Shown here: one piece after another, positions 62,111 through 64,000 of the stretch
How the letters are laid out: every line of letters starts with the position of its first letter
How positions within the stretch are numbered: the stretch's first letter is position 1
DNA from: an uncultured bacterium
GTDB lineage: Bacteria; Oederibacteriota; Oederibacteriia; Oederibacteriales; Oederibacteriaceae
Assembly (NCBI GenBank): GCA_965112635.1
Contig: OZ218778.1
Location: forward strand, 243,666-307,665
DNA: 64,000 nt
Reading direction: 5' to 3'
The notes under the pieces: generated by a model
The model's input: the letters and a program-made list of their open reading frames with translations, nothing else
Databases searched by the model: none
What the model was told of the DNA's origin: nothing
Program-made: the position numbers and the translations under genes

Positions 62111-63088
62111 CTACTGCGGACGCTGGCGGTTGCCGCTTTGACTGCCGGCGCTGGGAGTGGTCCGGCTTTGCGGACGGCCGAATTGGAACATACCCAGAGA
62201 AGCGGCTCCTTTGACTTTGAGGGACTCCACTTGGACCGAATCGTTCTCATTTAATCCGGACAACACCACGACCTGGCTGCCATCCGAATCGCCCAGCTTG
62301 ACCTCCCGTTTTTCCGGTTTTTTGGCCAGGTCATTCTGCACCCGGAGGAACACCGTGGTATTTTCGCCGCCCTTGACCGCCCAGGAGGGGATCAACAGGC
62401 TGTTATCCGCTTCTTTGATGATGAAATTGATGTTCGCGGTCATCCCGGCCCGGAGCACGCCTGGTTCTTGGCGGGGAATAAGATCAACATAATAACTCAC
62501 CACATTGTTGACCTTTACGGCCTGATGAGTGATCAAAGAAACATCCGCTAAAAATAGCTTGTCTGGATAGGAGTCCACCGTAACCTCGGCTTTTTGGTCC
62601 ATCTTGATATTCGCCAGGTCCGTTTCGTCCACATAGGCTTCGACGATGAGCTTGTCAGAAAGGTCATACAGGTCCGTATCGCCGGCCACGGTCTGCCCTT
62701 CCACCACATTTCGCGCGATGATCAGGCCGTCCGTGGGCGCCACGATAGGGGTCGGCTGGAAAGCCTTCTCCCAATACGATAGTTCATCCTTGCCCTTGGC
62801 CAAGGCCATGTCCAATAGAGCCGCCCTGTCTGACGAGCTCATCCAGGCGATGATCTGGCCTTTTTTCACATGGGTTCCCTCATCGACGAGGATCTTATCA
62901 ATACGGCCCGCCACAGGAGGTAAGATAGAGACCTTATTTAAAGGCGTAATGATCCCGTTGGCCTGAACGGTCTGCTTGAAATTGCCCCTGCTTACCTTGA
63001 CTTTCTGGGCATCCTCGCTCGCATGGTTCCCGCAGCCTATGATGAAAAATACCATGGCCGCAGCCGTTATACAGGTCAAACGTTTCAT
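62111..63088 (-). CDS. macA: MacA/HlyD-family periplasmic adaptor
   Basis: lipoprotein-like N-terminus (ITAAAMVFFIIGC) then adaptor domain; AAGGAAGG RBS before ATG 63088. Confidence 0.8.
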   Translation of the reverse strand: MKRLTCITAAAMVFFIIGCGNHASEDAQKVKVSRGNFKQTVQANGIITPLNKVSILPPVAGRIDKILVDEGTHVKKGQIIAWMSSSDRAALLDMALAKGKDELSYWEKAFQPTPIVAPTDGLIIARNVVEGQTVAGDTDLYDLSDKLIVEAYVDETDLANIKMDQKAEVTVDSYPDKLFLADVSLITHQAVKVNNVVSYYVDLIPRQEPGVLRAGMTANINFIIKEADNSLLIPSWAVKGGENTTVFLRVQNDLAKKPEKREVKLGDSDGSQVVVLSGLNENDSVQVESLKVKGAASLGMFQFGRPQSRTTPSAGSQSGNRQRPQ

Positions 63089-63124
63089 AGAACCTTCCTT
63101 TCTTGGCAAACTTTGTTCCATATT

Positions 63125-64000
63125 TTAAGGTTTAAGCTCTGACTCTAAAGTCAGACCCAAGGCTTTATCAAAACTTACTTTGGCTTGGGCGATATTGAGT
63201 TTATCGGAAAGCTGGCTCTGTTGGGCTGAAGTATAACCTGTTTCCGCCTGCTCAAAATCAAGGTACTGGGCCAGGCCTGATTCATACAAGGCCCGGACCG
63301 TCTTGAACCGCTCTTCCCCAGATTGGACGAGCAAATTGGTGTAAACAGTATGCTGCTGATCGGATACATAGGTGATCCAGGCCTGATAAAGCTGCAATTG
63401 CAAAGACCCGACAAGGTCATCCAGGTTATCTTTACTGGCCAGCCACTGATGGGTGGCCTGCGTGATGGAAGCCTCCTGGCCAAATCCGGAGAATAGGCTG
63501 AAACCTGTGGAAAGACCCACGCTTCCAGGTGGACTGGGTGGGAGGCCAGGAACTCCCATCAGAATAATTGTAGCCGCTGTTTAAATTAAGGGAAGGATAC
63601 CGCGTGGACAAACTGCCGTTCATTGCCGCCTCGGCGGCTTCCACGATAGCCTTTTGCAGCATCAAAGCAGGATTCTCCTCGTACATCCTTTCATACCACG
63701 GCTCGATCTCCTCGGGCGGTTCCGGGGTCTCTAGGTTTCCGGACACCTTGATAGTTTCCTTGATATCTCGCGGTTTACGTCCCAATAAGTAGGCCAAATT
63801 TTTTTGCTGTGAATCCAGATCTTCCTGGGACTGCTTGGTTTGCCATGCTATTTGCGCTTCTTCAGCTTCGGCTTGGAGATAAGCCCAGTGCGCTTCACGG
63901 CCGGATTTATACTGCATCTGGATATAACGGGTATCCTGGTTCAATCTCTCTTTGATGGATTCTAAAAGAACCAGGTTCAACTGGTCATAGATGATCCTGT
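63125..64000 (-). pseudogene. TolC-family outer-membrane factor, partial (5' end beyond window), frame broken near 63510-63560
   Basis: two overlapping ORFs (63125-63559, 63432-63980) both with outer-membrane-factor-like sequence; upstream frame still open at 64000. Confidence 0.65.

Noticed and set aside
62095-62250. N-terminal extension of the macB ORF (MRTIRSKWSPSKSKEP...)
   Set aside because: Overlaps the macA 3' end; the ATG at 62094 has an RBS and begins a normal ABC ATPase.

Overview
A 64 kb window that is almost entirely coding and looks like chromosome from a Gram-negative (diderm) anaerobe: TonB/ExbBD, TolC-family and other outer-membrane proteins, [NiFe]-hydrogenase maturation genes hypCDE, a nickel import locus, arsC-acr3, carbohydrate enzymes (GH130, a GT4 fusion, GH2 beta-galactosidase, an FGGY kinase), two tripartite efflux systems and a ~17 kb same-strand island of PAS sensor kinases and receiver proteins. 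All calls rest on reading the six-frame translations and the DNA by eye; no database search was run. No rRNA, tRNA, CRISPR array, transposase or integrase was recognised. I could not identify a clear-cut novel multi-gene system with confidence. The strongest leads are: (1) NikR, a NikR-box-like palindrome, an outer-membrane protein, a TonB-dependent receptor, a dedicated ExbB-ExbD-TonB set and NikMN-Q-O (His-rich tail on NikO) in one same-strand block beside hypCDE; (2) a composite palindromic motif found at nearly the same distance (~240-250 bp) upstream of both the hypCDE and the AsrA-like Fe-S operons; (3) a duplicated FNR-like regulator plus hybrid kinase module whose second copy has decayed to a short remnant preceded by a C14 homopolymer; (4) an unannotated 23-aa Lys/Cys-rich ORF with strong RBS and terminator in a metal-transport neighbourhood. 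Six reading-frame disruptions were seen, two in homopolymer runs, so several apparent pseudogenes may be assembly errors.
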